Part shown: piece by piece, positions 17,059 to 29,417 of the stretch
Numbering within the stretch: the stretch's first letter is position 1
Layout: each line of letters begins with the position of its first letter
Source of the DNA: an uncultured Bacilli bacterium
GTDB taxonomy: Bacteria > Bacillota_I > Bacilli_A > RF39 > UBA660
Length of the DNA stretch: 64,000 bases
Assembly (NCBI GenBank): GCA_947589105.1
Contig: CANQBL010000001.1
Span: 131,973 to 195,972, forward strand
Direction of reading: 5' to 3'
The notes under the pieces: model-generated
What the model was told of the DNA's origin: nothing
Databases searched by the model: none
What the model saw: the letters and a program-made list of their open reading frames with translations, nothing else
Translations under genes and position numbers: made by a program

Positions 17059-17427
17059 ATGGCAAAATTAAGTACACAAGAAATAATTGATGCAATTAAA
17101 GAAATGAAAATTTTAGAAGTAAAAGAATTAGTAGACAAAATGAAGGAAGAATTTGGAGTAGATCCAAATGCTGTAGCTGTAGCTGCTGCACCAGTTGCTG
17201 GGGCTGTAGCTGAAGAAAAAACTTCTGCAACAGTAGTATTAAAAGATGCAGGAGCAACTAAAATCCAAGTAATTAAGGTAATTAGAGATATTACTGGTTT
17301 AGGATTAATGGAAGCTAAAAAATTAGCTGATGAAGGTGGAAACGTTAAAGAAAACGCTCCTATGGATGAAGCTAACGATATTAAAGCTAAGCTTGAAGAA
17401 GCTGGAGCTACTGTTGAACTTGCATAG
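17059..17427 (+). CDS. rplL: 50S ribosomal protein L7/L12
   Basis: Ala-rich hinge and conserved C-terminal domain (GLGLMEAKKLADEGG...KAKLEEAGATVEL). Confidence 0.97.
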   Translation: MAKLSTQEIIDAIKEMKILEVKELVDKMKEEFGVDPNAVAVAAAPVAGAVAEEKTSATVVLKDAGATKIQVIKVIRDITGLGLMEAKKLADEGGNVKENAPMDEANDIKAKLEEAGATVELA

Positions 17428-17446
17428 TTTAGTAAATAAGTACTTA

Positions 17447-17479
17447 AAGAATACGGATTATTTCGTATTCTTTTTATTT
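17447..17479 (+). terminator. Rho-independent terminator after rplL
   Basis: AAGAATACG-gattattt-CGTATTCTT followed by TTTTATTT. Confidence 0.65.
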
Positions 17480-17506
17480 ATGTTATAATATTTTTGTGGA
17501 GGAGTT

Positions 17507-18097
17507 ATGTCACATTATTTTACAAATAACGAAAATTTAAAACATAATATTAATAAGGTAAGCGTTTCTATAAATGATGTAAGTTATTATTTTTATACTG
17601 ATAATGGTGTTTTTTCAAAAGGTGAGTTGGATTTTGGGACAGAACTACTTTTAAATGCGTTTAGATATGATTCGAAAAAAGAAAAAAAAGTTTTAGATTT
17701 AGGATGTGGATGTGGGCCAATAGGAATATATTTATCAAAAATAGGTTTTGATGTAGATATGATAGATGTTAATGAAAGAGCAATGGGTTTGGCAAGTAAA
17801 GCTTTAAAAGAGCAAATTCTAACTGCAAATGTATTTGAGTCCGACGCTTATAAGAATATAAATAAAAATTATGATTACATTATATCTAATCCCCCAATTA
17901 GGGTTGGGAAAGATAAATTATATGAAATGATAATGAATGCAAATAGGTATTTAAAGGAAAAAGGACAGTTATGGATTGTTGTTAGGAAAAAACAAGGTGC
18001 TGATTCATTAACACGTGATATGCAACAAGTTTATAAAACTGTTAAAATCATAACAAAGAAAAAAGGTTATTATGTAATAATGGCAAAAAATGACTAA
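17507..18097 (+). CDS. ybxB: Class I SAM-dependent rRNA methyltransferase (YbxB/RsmC small-domain type)
   Basis: VLDLGCGCGPIG SAM motif I and NPP(I/F) motif IV. Position between rplL and rpoB matches B. subtilis ybxB. Confidence 0.8.
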   Translation: MSHYFTNNENLKHNINKVSVSINDVSYYFYTDNGVFSKGELDFGTELLLNAFRYDSKKEKKVLDLGCGCGPIGIYLSKIGFDVDMIDVNERAMGLASKALKEQILTANVFESDAYKNINKNYDYIISNPPIRVGKDKLYEMIMNANRYLKEKGQLWIVVRKKQGADSLTRDMQQVYKTVKIITKKKGYYVIMAKND

Positions 18098-18251
18098 TTT
18101 GAAAACAAATATTAAAATATTTGTTTTTTTATGAAATAATTTATAAAATCTATTGACAAGCCTAGCTTTTTCTTGTAATATTTTAAATTGGTACTGTGTC
18201 TTTAATTTTAGACATGTTCTTTAAAAATTTATAGTTTAGGGGTGGAATTGC

Positions 18252-21200
18252 GTGGCTTATAAGATAAAAAAAGTAAACGAATACCGTGAAAGAAGAGACT
18301 TTTCAAGAGTTGAGAATTCATTAGAATTATCAGATTTACTTGAAATACAAACAAAGTCTTATAATTGGTTTATTCAAGATGGAATCAAAGAAGTGTTAGA
18401 GGAAATAAGCCCAGTAGAAAATTTCTCTGGAACATTATCGTTAGAATTTGGTGAATATTCATTTGATGAACCAAGGCATACTATAAAAGAATGTAAGGAG
18501 AAAAAAACTACTTATGCTGCTCCATTAAAGGTTCAAACACGACTTTTCAACAATGAAACAGGGGAAGTTAAAGAGCAAGAAATCTTTTTAGGTGATATGC
18601 CTCTTATGACAGATTCTGGGTCATTTATATTTAATGGTTCTGAACGTGTTATTGTATCACAGTTAGTACGTTCTTCAAGTGTGTATTATGGAAGAGAAAT
18701 AGATAAGAATGGGCGTTCTATAATATCTTCTCAAATTATACCAACAAAAGGTACTTGGCTAGAGTATAAACTAAATAGTAAGGATATCGTTGACGTTAGA
18801 ATTGATCGTAATAGGAAGGTTGTTATTACTGCTTTCTTAAGAGCTTTTGGATTATCTTCAGATGATGATATACTAAAGTTATTTGGACAAGATGAGTATT
18901 TAATTAATACTTTAAGTAAGGATTCTACTAAGAATACAGACGAGGCTTTGCTTGAAATATATGAAAAATTAAAACCAGGAGAACCAGCTACTTTAGATAG
19001 TGCTAAGAACCAATTAATAACCCGATTTTTTGATAATTTCAGGTATGATTTAGCTAAAGTTGGTCGTTACAAATTTAATAAAAAATTAAATGTTTGTGAC
19101 CGTTTATTAAATCAAACGTTAGCAGAAGACATAAAAGTTGATGGTAAAGTTGTAATTAAAAGTGGAACTAAGGTTACTAATGAAGTAATGGAAACCTTAA
19201 AACCTATTTTAGCTGATGGTTATGGAATGATTGATGCTACTATGGATAAAGAACTTAATAGCAATACTATGGTACAAGTAATTAATATATATTCTCCAGT
19301 TGAACCAGATAAAATTATAAAGGTAGTAGGAAATGATCAAAGCATAAATGTTAAAACTCTTACTATATCAGATATATATGCATCAGTTTCTTATTATTTA
19401 AACCTTTTACATAATGTTGGTTCAATAGATGAAATAGATCATTTATCTAACCGTCGTTTAAGACAAGTTGGTGAATTATTACAAAATCAATTTAGAATTG
19501 GTGTTGCAAGAATGGAAAGGGTTATTCGTGAAAGAATGACAACTTTAGATATTGAAACTGCAACTCCTAAAACATTAATAAATATAAGGCCGATAACAGC
19601 TGTTATTAAAGAATTTTTCGGATCAAGTCCATTATCACAATTTATGGATCAAATAAATCCTTTATCGGAATTAAATAATAAACGTCGTTTGTCAGCTTTA
19701 GGTCCTGGCGGATTATCTCGTGATAGAGCTGCTATGGAAGTACGTGACGTTAACGTATCTCACTATGGTAGAATTTGCCCTATCGAGTCACCAGAAGGAG
19801 CTAATATTGGTCTTATTACTTCTCTTGCAAATTATGCAAAAATAAATGATTATGGATTCATTATGACACCTTATAGAAGGGTTAAAGATGGTAAATTACA
19901 AGATCAAATTGATTATTTAACTGCGGATGAAGAAAATGGACATATAATAGCTCAAGCTAAAGTTGAAATGGATGGAAATACCATTGTTCAAGAGCATGTT
20001 CCTGCTCGTTCTGGTGGTGAAAATATTATGGCTTCACCAAAAGAAATAGATTATATAGATGTTGCTCCGCAACAAATAGTATCTGTTACTACAAGTTGTA
20101 TACCTTTCCTAGATCATGATGATGCTCACCGTGCTTTAATGGGTTCAAATATGCAGCGTCAAGCGTTACCTTTACTAAAGGCAGAAGCTCCACTTGTTGC
20201 AACTGGAGTAGAAGCTCAAGCTGCTAAAGATAGCGGAGTTACAGTTATTTCTAAATCAGATGGAGTAGTAGAATACGTAGATGGTAAAAAGATAGTAGTA
20301 AAAACAACAAAAGCAAAAGATATATATATACTTAAGAACTTTGAGGGTTCTAATGCTGGTACTTGTTATCACCAAAGACCAATTGTAAGAGTTGGTGATA
20401 AAGTAAAACGTGGACAAATAATTGCTGATGGTCCTTCTACTGATAAAGGGGAAGTAGCATTAGGTAAAAACTTAGTAGTTGCTTTTATGACTTATAATGG
20501 ATACAACTACGAGGATGCTGTTATCCTTAATGAAAGAATGGTAAAAGATGATGTATTAACTTCAATTTACATAGAAGATTATGAAATACAATGTCGTGAT
20601 ACTAAGTTAGGACCAGAAGAAATTACTCGTGATATTCCAAATGTTAGTGAGGAAGCTCGACGTAACCTTGATGCTAATGGTATTATAAGAATTGGTACCG
20701 AAGTAAAAGAAGGCGATATTTTAGTTGGTAAAGTTACACCAAAAGGAATGGTTGAGCTTACTTCAGAAGAAAAATTATTACACGCAATATTTGGAGAAAA
20801 AACCCGTGAAGTAAGAGACACTTCTCTTCGTGTTCCACATGGAGGAGCGGGTATTGTTCATGACATAAAGATTTATACGAAAAAAGATTCAGATGAACTT
20901 CCAAGTGGAGTTAGTAAAGAAATTCGTGTATATATTGTTCAAAAACGTAAAATTCAAGTTGGTGACAAAATGGCTGGTCGTCACGGAAACAAAGGTGTTA
21001 TTTCACTTGTTGCACCACAAGAGGATATGCCATATTTACCAGATGGTACCCCAGTGGATATCTTACTTAACCCATTAGGAGTTCCTTCTCGTATGAATCC
21101 TGGTCAAATACTTGAAATGCATTTAGGTATGGCTGCTAAGAAATTAGGAGTCCATACTTCTACCCCAGTATTTGATGGTGCAACTTGGGAAGATATTCAA

Positions 21201-21887
21201 GAAATGATGAAAGAAGCTGGAATGGATCCAGATGGAAAAACAGTTTTATATAATGGTAAAACAGGAGAACCATTTGATAACCGTGTAGCAGTTGGTGTTA
21301 TGTATATGATAAAACTAGATCACATGGTTGATGATAAACTTCATGCTCGTGCAACAGGTCCATACTCATTAGTTACACAACAACCTCTTGGTGGTAAGGC
21401 TCAATTTGGTGGACAAAGATTTGGAGAAATGGAAGTTTGGGCACTATATGCTTATGGAGCTGCTCATGTACTTCAAGAAATTCTTACGGTAAAATCTGAT
21501 GATGTTGTAGGTCGTGTAAAAGTTTACGAATCAATTGTTAAAGGAAAACCAATTAATCAGGCTGGAGTTCCAGAAAGTTTCCGTGTTCTTGTTAAAGAAT
21601 TCCAGGCATTAGGTTTGAATATTGCTATGATTACTGAAAACGGAGAAGTTGATGTTAAAACCCTTGAAGAAGAGGAAGATAAAGAGGTTTCTCCATTATC
21701 AATAGAGGAAATAGATAATGTTTCAATGGTTAATTCAAAACAAAATATAGATGTTATATCTGAAGAAGAAGCAGTTTTGGAATCAGAAGAAATAGCTAGT
21801 GAAGAAGAGCTAGATGATTATGAGGCTGAAATGGAAGATGAGTTAGATGACATGAATGATTCTTTAATGGAAGGGGATGAAGAATAA
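18252..21887 (+). CDS. rpoB: DNA-directed RNA polymerase beta subunit, with an acidic C-terminal extension of about 70 aa
   Basis: Full-length RpoB motifs throughout. GTG start. C-terminus [14 protein letters not shown]...[28 protein letters not shown]. Confidence 0.97.
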   Translation: MAYKIKKVNEYRERRDFSRVENSLELSDLLEIQTKSYNWFIQDGIKEVLEEISPVENFSGTLSLEFGEYSFDEPRHTIKECKEKKTTYAAPLKVQTRLFNNETGEVKEQEIFLGDMPLMTDSGSFIFNGSERVIVSQLVRSSSVYYGREIDKNGRSIISSQIIPTKGTWLEYKLNSKDIVDVRIDRNRKVVITAFLRAFGLSSDDDILKLFGQDEYLINTLSKDSTKNTDEALLEIYEKLKPGEPATLDSAKNQLITRFFDNFRYDLAKVGRYKFNKKLNVCDRLLNQTLAEDIKVDGKVVIKSGTKVTNEVMETLKPILADGYGMIDATMDKELNSNTMVQVINIYSPVEPDKIIKVVGNDQSINVKTLTISDIYASVSYYLNLLHNVGSIDEIDHLSNRRLRQVGELLQNQFRIGVARMERVIRERMTTLDIETATPKTLINIRPITAVIKEFFGSSPLSQFMDQINPLSELNNKRRLSALGPGGLSRDRAAMEVRDVNVSHYGRICPIESPEGANIGLITSLANYAKINDYGFIMTPYRRVKDGKLQDQIDYLTADEENGHIIAQAKVEMDGNTIVQEHVPARSGGENIMASPKEIDYIDVAPQQIVSVTTSCIPFLDHDDAHRALMGSNMQRQALPLLKAEAPLVATGVEAQAAKDSGVTVISKSDGVVEYVDGKKIVVKTTKAKDIYILKNFEGSNAGTCYHQRPIVRVGDKVKRGQIIADGPSTDKGEVALGKNLVVAFMTYNGYNYEDAVILNERMVKDDVLTSIYIEDYEIQCRDTKLGPEEITRDIPNVSEEARRNLDANGIIRIGTEVKEGDILVGKVTPKGMVELTSEEKLLHAIFGEKTREVRDTSLRVPHGGAGIVHDIKIYTKKDSDELPSGVSKEIRVYIVQKRKIQVGDKMAGRHGNKGVISLVAPQEDMPYLPDGTPVDILLNPLGVPSRMNPGQILEMHLGMAAKKLGVHTSTPVFDGATWEDIQEMMKEAGMDPDGKTVLYNGKTGEPFDNRVAVGVMYMIKLDHMVDDKLHARATGPYSLVTQQPLGGKAQFGGQRFGEMEVWALYAYGAAHVLQEILTVKSDDVVGRVKVYESIVKGKPINQAGVPESFRVLVKEFQALGLNIAMITENGEVDVKTLEEEEDKEVSPLSIEEIDNVSMVNSKQNIDVISEEEAVLESEEIASEEELDDYEAEMEDELDDMNDSLMEGDEE

Positions 21888-24800
21888 TGTTAGATGCAAA
21901 TAAATTTGAAGGAATAAAAATATCTATCGCTTCACCCGAACAAATTAGAGAATGGTCTTATGGAGAAGTAAAAAAACCTGAAACGATTAATTATCGTACT
22001 TTAAAACCAGAAAGAGATGGTTTGTTTTGCGAAAAAATCTTTGGTCCAACTAAGGATTATGAGTGCTCTTGTGGTAAGTACAAAAGATTAAGATATAAAG
22101 ACATTATTTGTGATAGATGTGGTGTTGAAGTTACTAAGGCTAAGGTTCGTCGTGAACGTATGGGTCATATAGAACTTGCAACGCCAGTTTCTCACATTTG
22201 GTTTTTTAAAGGAGTTCCATCTAGAATGGGATTAGTTCTTGATATGTCCCCTAGGGATTTAGAAGAAGTTTTATACTTTGTATCTTATGTGGTTATTAAT
22301 CCTGGTTCAGCTCCTCTTGAAAAAAAACAAACATTATCTGATAAAGAATATCGTGCTTACTATGAAAAGTATGGAAATACGTTCGAAGTAGGTATGGGAG
22401 CGGAAGCTATCTTAAAACTTCTTAAAGAAATAAATGTAAAAGAAGAAATTAAAAAAATAGAAGAAGAGTTAGAAGGGGCTCAAGAACAAAAAAGAACAAG
22501 ATTACTTAAGAGATTAGACATCTTAGATTCATTTGATAAATCAGGAAATAAACCAGAGTGGATGATTTTAACGGCTTTACCTGTTATACCTCCTGAGTTA
22601 AGACCAATGATACAACTTGATGGTGGTCGTTTTGCAACTAGTGATTTAAATGATTTATATAGACGTGTTATTAATCGTAATAATCGTTTAAAAAAATTAC
22701 TTGAGTTAAATGCTCCTTCAATTATTGTTCAAAATGAAAAAAGAATGTTACAAGAAGCAGTGGATGCATTATTTGATAACGGAAGACGTGGAAGAAACGT
22801 AACGGGTCCATCTAATAGACCATTAAAGTCAATTTCTTCTATGTTAAAGGGAAAACAAGGACGTTTCCGTCAAAATTTGCTTGGTAAACGTGTTGACTAC
22901 TCAGGTCGTAGTGTTATTGCCGTTGGACCAACACTTAAGATGTATCAATGTGGTATACCTAAAGAAATGGCTCTTGAATTATTTAAACCTCATGTTATTC
23001 ATGGCTTAGTAGAAAGAGATATCGTACATAATATTAAATCTGCTAAGAAGTTAATAGAAAATCAGGATGAAAGAGTATGGGATGTTGTTGAAGATGTTAT
23101 TAAAGAACATCCGGTAATGTTAAACCGTGCTCCAACTCTTCATAGATTAGGTATTCAAGCTTTTGAACCAAAGCTTGTTAGTGGTAAGGCAATTAGACTA
23201 CATCCTCTAGTTTGTACTGCATTTAACGCTGACTTTGATGGTGACCAAATGGCAGTTCACGTACCTCTTTCAGAGGCTGCACAAGCTGAGGCAAGAATAC
23301 TAATGCTTGGTGCTAATAACATTCTTTCACCAAAAGATGGAAAACCAATTGTTACCCCTTCTCAGGATATGGTATTAGGTAACTATTACTTAACGATGGA
23401 AAAAAGTGGGCTTGAAGGTGAAGGAAGGGTATTTAAAAATGCAAACGAGGCTATTGAAGCTTATGAAAGAAGAGAATTAACTCTTCATGCTAGAATTGCA
23501 TTACCGGCAAAATCATTAAAATATAAAATGTTTACTGATGAACAAAAAGAAATGTACTTGGTAACAACTGTTGGTAAACTTATATTTAATGAGGTATTAC
23601 CAGATGGTTTCCAATACATAAATGAACCAACTGATGAAAATTTTGAAAACTTAACTCCAATGAAATTCTTCTTAAAAAGAGGAACCAACATACCAGAAGC
23701 TATAAAAGAAATGCCTTTGGTAAAACCTTTTCCACAAGGAGCATTAAAAAGCATTATTGCTCAAATATTTAAACGTTACAAAACTACTGAAACTTCAATA
23801 ATGCTAGATAGATTAAAAGATTTAGGATTTAAGTATTCAACTCTTGCAGGTATATCAATTTCAATAGCAGATGTTGAAACTAGTGAAAAGAAACATGAAA
23901 TAGTTGAAAAATCTCAAAAAATAGTTGATACAATTAACAAACAATATAGACGTGGTTTGATAACAGATAGAGAGCGTTATGAAAAGGTTTGCGAAGTATG
24001 GAACAACGCAACAAGTGAAGTAGAAAAAGAATTAAAAGCAAAAGTTGAAGCACCTTCTGATAATCCTATCATGATGATGATGAATTCTAAAGCTCGTGGT
24101 AACTTATCACAATTTAGACAATTAGCAGGTATGCGTGGACTTCTTGCAAAACCAAATGGAGAAGCAGTTGAAATTCCAGTTACATCTTCATTCTTAGATG
24201 GTTTATCAGTTTCAGAATTCTTTATTTCTACTCACGGAGCTCGTAAAGGTAATGCAGATACGGCTTTAAAAACTGCAGACTCTGGTTATTTAACAAGACG
24301 TTTAGTTGATGTGGTTCAAGACGTTATTGTAAGAGAAGATGATTGCGGAACTATTCAAGGCGTTTTAGTTTCTTCTTTCATTGATGAAAATGCTGGAACC
24401 GTAATTGAAAGTTTACATGAACGTATTGTGGGACGTTATACAAATAAAAAGGTTATTAATCCAGAGACAAAAGAATTAATAGTTGATAAAAATGAGTTGA
24501 TAACTGAACCTATTGCGGATAAGATTGATAAGGCGGGTATTAAAGCTGTAGAAATACGAACTGCTTTAACATGTAAAACTGAAAACGGAGTATGTAAGCA
24601 TTGTTATGGTACAAACTTAGCTACTGGTAACGTGGTTGAAATAGGAGAGGCTGTTGGTATTATGGCTGCTCAATCAATAGGAGAACCAGGTACGCAGCTT
24701 ACAATGAGAACATTCCATACCGGTGGTGTTGCAACTGGAGAAGATATAACTCAAGGTTTACCTCGTGTACAAGAGTTGTTTGAAGCAAGAATACCAAAAG

Positions 24801-25519
24801 CTAAATCTACAATTGCTGAGATAGATGGTAAAGTTACTAAGATAGATGATCTTAATGGTAAATATAAGATTGAAATTACTAATGATGTAGAATCAAGGGA
24901 ACACACAACTAACTATGGTGTAAAACTTTGTGTTGAAGTAGGTTCAGAGGTTAAAGCAGGAGATAAACTTAATATAGGTTCTATTAACCCTAAGGAATTA
25001 CTTGCTATAACTGATCCTATTACTGCTCAAAACTATATTTTAGCAGAAGTTCAAAAAGTTTATAAATCTCAAGGTGTTGATGTTTCTGATAAACATATCG
25101 AAATACTTGCTCGTCGTATGATTGCAAGAATTAAGATTGTAGATGGTGGTGACACTTCATTAGTATCAGGTAAATTAGTATCAATGCAAGAATTTACTAA
25201 GATTAATAAGGAAGCTATTATTCAAGGTAAAAAACCTGCAACTGGAAGACCTATAATGCTTGGTATTACTAAAGCATCTCTTGAAACTGATTCATTCTTA
25301 TCAGCAGCATCATTCCAAGAAACAACAAGAATTTTAACTGATGCTGCAATTAAGGGTAAAGTAGACCATTTAACTGGATTAAAAGAAAATGTTATTATTG
25401 GTAAATTAATTCCAGCTGGAACTGGATCTAAAAATTATTCTAATGTAAAGTATAAATTGGAAAGTGAATTAGTTGAAAATGATGCCTTAGATGTATTAGA
25501 AGAGCAACTAACAGATTAA
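21887..25519 (+). CDS. rpoC: DNA-directed RNA polymerase beta' subunit
   Basis: Zn-finger CSCGKYK...[20 protein letters not shown] catalytic motif, 1210 aa. Start overlaps the rpoB stop. Confidence 0.97.
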   Translation: MLDANKFEGIKISIASPEQIREWSYGEVKKPETINYRTLKPERDGLFCEKIFGPTKDYECSCGKYKRLRYKDIICDRCGVEVTKAKVRRERMGHIELATPVSHIWFFKGVPSRMGLVLDMSPRDLEEVLYFVSYVVINPGSAPLEKKQTLSDKEYRAYYEKYGNTFEVGMGAEAILKLLKEINVKEEIKKIEEELEGAQEQKRTRLLKRLDILDSFDKSGNKPEWMILTALPVIPPELRPMIQLDGGRFATSDLNDLYRRVINRNNRLKKLLELNAPSIIVQNEKRMLQEAVDALFDNGRRGRNVTGPSNRPLKSISSMLKGKQGRFRQNLLGKRVDYSGRSVIAVGPTLKMYQCGIPKEMALELFKPHVIHGLVERDIVHNIKSAKKLIENQDERVWDVVEDVIKEHPVMLNRAPTLHRLGIQAFEPKLVSGKAIRLHPLVCTAFNADFDGDQMAVHVPLSEAAQAEARILMLGANNILSPKDGKPIVTPSQDMVLGNYYLTMEKSGLEGEGRVFKNANEAIEAYERRELTLHARIALPAKSLKYKMFTDEQKEMYLVTTVGKLIFNEVLPDGFQYINEPTDENFENLTPMKFFLKRGTNIPEAIKEMPLVKPFPQGALKSIIAQIFKRYKTTETSIMLDRLKDLGFKYSTLAGISISIADVETSEKKHEIVEKSQKIVDTINKQYRRGLITDRERYEKVCEVWNNATSEVEKELKAKVEAPSDNPIMMMMNSKARGNLSQFRQLAGMRGLLAKPNGEAVEIPVTSSFLDGLSVSEFFISTHGARKGNADTALKTADSGYLTRRLVDVVQDVIVREDDCGTIQGVLVSSFIDENAGTVIESLHERIVGRYTNKKVINPETKELIVDKNELITEPIADKIDKAGIKAVEIRTALTCKTENGVCKHCYGTNLATGNVVEIGEAVGIMAAQSIGEPGTQLTMRTFHTGGVATGEDITQGLPRVQELFEARIPKAKSTIAEIDGKVTKIDDLNGKYKIEITNDVESREHTTNYGVKLCVEVGSEVKAGDKLNIGSINPKELLAITDPITAQNYILAEVQKVYKSQGVDVSDKHIEILARRMIARIKIVDGGDTSLVSGKLVSMQEFTKINKEAIIQGKKPATGRPIMLGITKASLETDSFLSAASFQETTRILTDAAIKGKVDHLTGLKENVIIGKLIPAGTGSKNYSNVKYKLESELVENDALDVLEEQLTD

Positions 25520-25546
25520 GAAAGTAAATAATACTTTCTTTTTTTG
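25520..25546 (+). terminator. Rho-independent terminator after rpoC
   Basis: GAAAGTA-aataa-TACTTTC followed by T7. Confidence 0.65.
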
Positions 25547-25575
25547 TTGACAATTTCAAAAAATTTATATATTAT
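25547..25575 (+). promoter_or_regulatory. Consensus-like sigma-A promoter
   Basis: TTGACA, 17-nt spacer, TATTAT, about 25 nt upstream of the 25601 ORF. Confidence 0.5.
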
Positions 25576-25600
25576 ATATGCCGTTTGTTGGAGGTAAATT

Positions 25601-25984
25601 ATGTATAAGAAAAGAAAAAATATTACTACATTAGCCGTAGATGAAAAATTAGCAAAAATATCAGAGGATTTATTAACGGTTAATCCAGATATTATACTTG
25701 GAATATCAAAAAAATTTATATTAAATAAAGAAAATGGTTTAGATAAAGAAATAAAGGGAAATTCAGTTATATTATCAAATACAAAAATTGAGGATATAAT
25801 AATTCCATCTCCTTATAGATTAATTGGAAAAAATAATATAGGGTACTGGTTTGATGAGGATATTTTAGCTACAATTATATATATGAATATGACTTTTCAT
25901 GATGGCAAAAAAATAAAGAATTTATATTTAGATTTAGATGAAAAAGAGTTGGCAAAATGTAAAGATTATAAAAATAATGGATAA
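25601..25984 (+). CDS. Hypothetical protein (127 aa)
   Basis: ORF with GGAGGT RBS, own promoter and a downstream hairpin. No recognised motif. Confidence 0.45.
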   Translation: MYKKRKNITTLAVDEKLAKISEDLLTVNPDIILGISKKFILNKENGLDKEIKGNSVILSNTKIEDIIIPSPYRLIGKNNIGYWFDEDILATIIYMNMTFHDGKKIKNLYLDLDEKELAKCKDYKNNG

Positions 25985-26065
25985 CTTTATAAGGTTTAAA
26001 AAAAACATCCATATTTGTATGGTGTTTTTTTTCTTTTATGTTACAATATACGTTAAGGTGATTTT

Positions 26066-27409
26066 ATGGTTTTAGTTAATAAATTTTTAAAAACTTTAAA
26101 TATAAATAAAAGTGATGTGTTAATAGTTGCGGTTTCATATGGGCCAGATTCAATGGCTTTATTAGATATTATTGGTAAAAGTTATCCTAATAATAAGATA
26201 GTATGTGCTCATGTTCATCATAATCATAGAAAAGAAAGTGATGATGAAAGTAAAAAGTTAAAGGAATTTTGTGAAAAAAGAAACTTTATTTTTGAATTTA
26301 TGAAAATAAAGTCCTATAAAAATAATAAATTTACAGAAGAGGAAGCTCGTTATAAGAGGTATGAATTTTTTGAAACTCTTATTAATAAATATAATTCTAA
26401 GTTTTTATTTACCGCACATCATGGTGATGATTTAATAGAAACAATATTGATGCGAATAACAAGAGGATCAACACTTAGGGGTTATTGTGGAATAACTTTA
26501 ATAAGTAATCGGGAAAATTATAATTTAATAAGACCACTTCTTTTTGTAACAAAAGATGATTTATTAAAATATTGCAAGGAAAACGGCATTGATTATGCTG
26601 TGGATAAATCTAATGATGATGATAAATATACAAGAAATAGATTTAGAAAATATATTCTACCATATTTTAAACAGGAAAATCCGTCTGTACATAGACAATT
26701 TTTAAAGTTTTCCACAGAGTTAAGTGAATATAATAATTATTTTAATAAATTAGTAGATGATTTATATCCTACTATAGTAAGTAAAAATGTAATTAACATT
26801 GATGAACTTATGAAACAGGATACTTTGATTATAAAAAGAATTATTATGAAATTTTTATATGAAAATTATAAAGATGAAATTTCAAAAGTAGGTTATGAGA
26901 ACATTGATTCAATTATTACACTGATTAATAATGGAAAACCAAATGTTGAAATTATGCTACCTTGCAAAAAAAAGTTAATAAGATCTTATAATAAGATATA
27001 TTTCGCAAAAGAAGAAAAGTATAATTATTACTGTTTTGTGTTTAATGAATACAGGTTATTACCTAATGGTTTCGTAATTGAACAAATAAATACTTTAGAA
27101 AATACAACTAATTTTATTACGGCTTTCAACCTTGATGATTTATGTTTACCACTTTATGTTAGAAATGTTACTAAAGGTGATAAAATTGAAGTGTTAGGTC
27201 TTAATGGTTCAAAAAAAATACATGATATTTTTATTAATGAAAAGTTGCCAAAATCCTCTAGGGAGAATTATCCTGTATTATGCGATAGTAGCGGGAAAAT
27301 AATTTGGCTTCCTGGACTTAAAAAATCTAAATATGATAAATCAAAAGTTGGGAAATATGATATAATATTAAAGTATTACAAGGAGGAAAAAAATGACAGG
27401 ACAAAATAG
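26066..27409 (+). CDS. tilS: tRNA(Ile)-lysidine synthetase TilS
   Basis: PP-loop variant VAVSYGPDSMAL, 447 aa, immediately upstream of and overlapping ftsH, as in Firmicutes. Confidence 0.85.
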   Translation: MVLVNKFLKTLNINKSDVLIVAVSYGPDSMALLDIIGKSYPNNKIVCAHVHHNHRKESDDESKKLKEFCEKRNFIFEFMKIKSYKNNKFTEEEARYKRYEFFETLINKYNSKFLFTAHHGDDLIETILMRITRGSTLRGYCGITLISNRENYNLIRPLLFVTKDDLLKYCKENGIDYAVDKSNDDDKYTRNRFRKYILPYFKQENPSVHRQFLKFSTELSEYNNYFNKLVDDLYPTIVSKNVINIDELMKQDTLIIKRIIMKFLYENYKDEISKVGYENIDSIITLINNGKPNVEIMLPCKKKLIRSYNKIYFAKEEKYNYYCFVFNEYRLLPNGFVIEQINTLENTTNFITAFNLDDLCLPLYVRNVTKGDKIEVLGLNGSKKIHDIFINEKLPKSSRENYPVLCDSSGKIIWLPGLKKSKYDKSKVGKYDIILKYYKEEKNDRTK

Positions 27410-29381
27410 TCAAAATATGAAAAAGGGTATGTTTCCATATTTTTTACTATTAGTTATTGGATTATCAATATTATTTTTTTATAACATGACTAGTGGTACT
27501 AATAAGGAATTAACTTATAATGAGTTTAATAAAGCTCTAACTAAAAATAATATAAAAGAGGTTATAATTACACCATCAACAGCAGCTTATACGTATCAAA
27601 TAACTGGTAAGTTAAAAGATGCTAAGGAAGGGGAAACGTTTAGTGTTAAAACACCACTTTCAGATACGGTAATTAATAAAATTGTAGAAGCAAGTGAGAA
27701 AAAGGATTTTAAAATAGTATCTAAATCTGATCCATCATCTAATGCTTGGATAACGTTTTTGCTTAATATAGCGCCAACTTTATTGTTAATTGGTTTAGCT
27801 TTTTGGTTTTTTACAAGACAACTTAATAGTCAAAAAGGATCAATGGATTTTGGAAGGAGTAAGGCTAGGTTAAATGCAGATAAAGGTAGAGTTACCTTTA
27901 AAGATGTAGCAGGACTTCCAGAGGAAAAAGAAGAGTTACAAGAGTTAATTGATTTCTTAAAAAATCCAAAAAAATTTACTAAATTAGGAGCTAGAATTCC
28001 TAAAGGGGTACTTTTAGTAGGGCCTCCAGGAACTGGTAAAACGCTTCTTGCTAAAGCTGTAGCAGGTGAAGCAAACGCACCATTTTATTTTATATCAGGT
28101 TCTGATTTCGTAGAATTATACGTTGGTGTTGGTGCATCAAGGGTAAGGGATATGTTTAAACAAGCAAAACAAAATGCTCCTTGTTTAATATTTATTGATG
28201 AAATTGATGCTGTAGGACGCCAAAGAGGTACAGGTATTGGTGGTGGCCATGATGAAAGAGAGCAAACCCTTAACCAATTACTAACAGAAATGGATGGTTT
28301 TGGTGCTAACGAGGGTATTATAATTATTGCTGCAACAAACAGGCCTGACGTACTTGATCCAGCTTTACTTAGACCAGGACGTTTTGATAGGCAAGTAACG
28401 GTTGCTTTACCAGAACAAAAAGCAAGGGAAGAAATATTAAAAGTTCACGCAAGAAATAAGGTTTTATCAAAGAATGTACACTTAGATAACATTGCAAAAA
28501 GAACGGTTGGTTTTTCAGGTGCTGACTTAGAGAATTTATTGAATGAAGCTGCTCTTCTTGCGGTTAGAAGAGAAAAACAGGCTATTACTATGTCAGAAAT
28601 TGATGAGGCAATAGACAGAGTTATTATGGGTCCTGCTAAGGTAACTAAAAAATATACTTTAAAAGAAAAGAAACTTGTTGCATATCACGAAGCTGGACAC
28701 GCAGTACTTGGTATTAAGCTTGATGATGCTAATGATGTTCAAAAGGTAACAATAATACCTAGAGGCCAAGCTGGTGGTTATAATTTAATGCTTCCAAAGG
28801 AAGAAAAATATACTGCTACTAAAACTGAGTTATTAGAGCAAATAATGGGATTACTTGGAGGACGTGTCTCAGAAGAAGTTGTGTTTGGTGAAGTTACAAC
28901 AGGTGCTCATAATGATTTTGAAAAGGCAACTAAAATTGCTAGAAGCATGGTAACAGAGTATGGTATGTCTTCTTTAGGACCAATTCAATTAGAAACACCA
29001 GAGGGAAGTTCTTTTTTAGGAAGAGATTACAATAAAAATCGTAATTTTTCTGATCAAGTTGCACTTGAAATAGATAATGAAGTAAGAAAAATTATCAATG
29101 ATTGTTATAATAAAGCTAAAAAAATCATTGAGAAAAATAGAGATTTACTTGATTTAATTGCGAATTCATTAATTGAGTATGAAACTTTAACTAAAGAACA
29201 AATTGATTATTTGGCAGAAAACGGAAAAATGCCTACAGATGATATGCTAGATGATGTTTCTTTAACGAAGCTAAAAGAAATGGCAAAGGAAAAGAAAATT
29301 AAAGGATTTAGTTCAATGAATAAAGATGAACTAAAAAAAGCTTTAACAGAAGAATTAACTGATAATAACAAAAACGACTAA
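27393..29381 (+). CDS. ftsH: ATP-dependent zinc metalloprotease FtsH
   Basis: Walker A GPPGTGKT, second region of homology, HEAGHA zinc motif, two N-terminal TMs. Confidence 0.97.
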   Translation: MTGQNSQNMKKGMFPYFLLLVIGLSILFFYNMTSGTNKELTYNEFNKALTKNNIKEVIITPSTAAYTYQITGKLKDAKEGETFSVKTPLSDTVINKIVEASEKKDFKIVSKSDPSSNAWITFLLNIAPTLLLIGLAFWFFTRQLNSQKGSMDFGRSKARLNADKGRVTFKDVAGLPEEKEELQELIDFLKNPKKFTKLGARIPKGVLLVGPPGTGKTLLAKAVAGEANAPFYFISGSDFVELYVGVGASRVRDMFKQAKQNAPCLIFIDEIDAVGRQRGTGIGGGHDEREQTLNQLLTEMDGFGANEGIIIIAATNRPDVLDPALLRPGRFDRQVTVALPEQKAREEILKVHARNKVLSKNVHLDNIAKRTVGFSGADLENLLNEAALLAVRREKQAITMSEIDEAIDRVIMGPAKVTKKYTLKEKKLVAYHEAGHAVLGIKLDDANDVQKVTIIPRGQAGGYNLMLPKEEKYTATKTELLEQIMGLLGGRVSEEVVFGEVTTGAHNDFEKATKIARSMVTEYGMSSLGPIQLETPEGSSFLGRDYNKNRNFSDQVALEIDNEVRKIINDCYNKAKKIIEKNRDLLDLIANSLIEYETLTKEQIDYLAENGKMPTDDMLDDVSLTKLKEMAKEKKIKGFSSMNKDELKKALTEELTDNNKND

Positions 29382-29417
29382 AATTATGATGTCTACCTTT
29401 TTGGGTTCACATCATTA

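Noticed and set aside
20579-23754. Antisense or embedded ORFs within rpoB and rpoC (20579..20821 -, 20893..21078 +, 23485..23754 -)
   Set aside because: They lie fully inside highly conserved RNAP genes and have no expression signals. They are spurious.
29382-29417. Terminator between the convergent ftsH and PBP genes
   Set aside because: The only symmetry there is ATGATGT...ACATCAT, whose inner arms do not pair. It is too weak to call as an intrinsic terminator.
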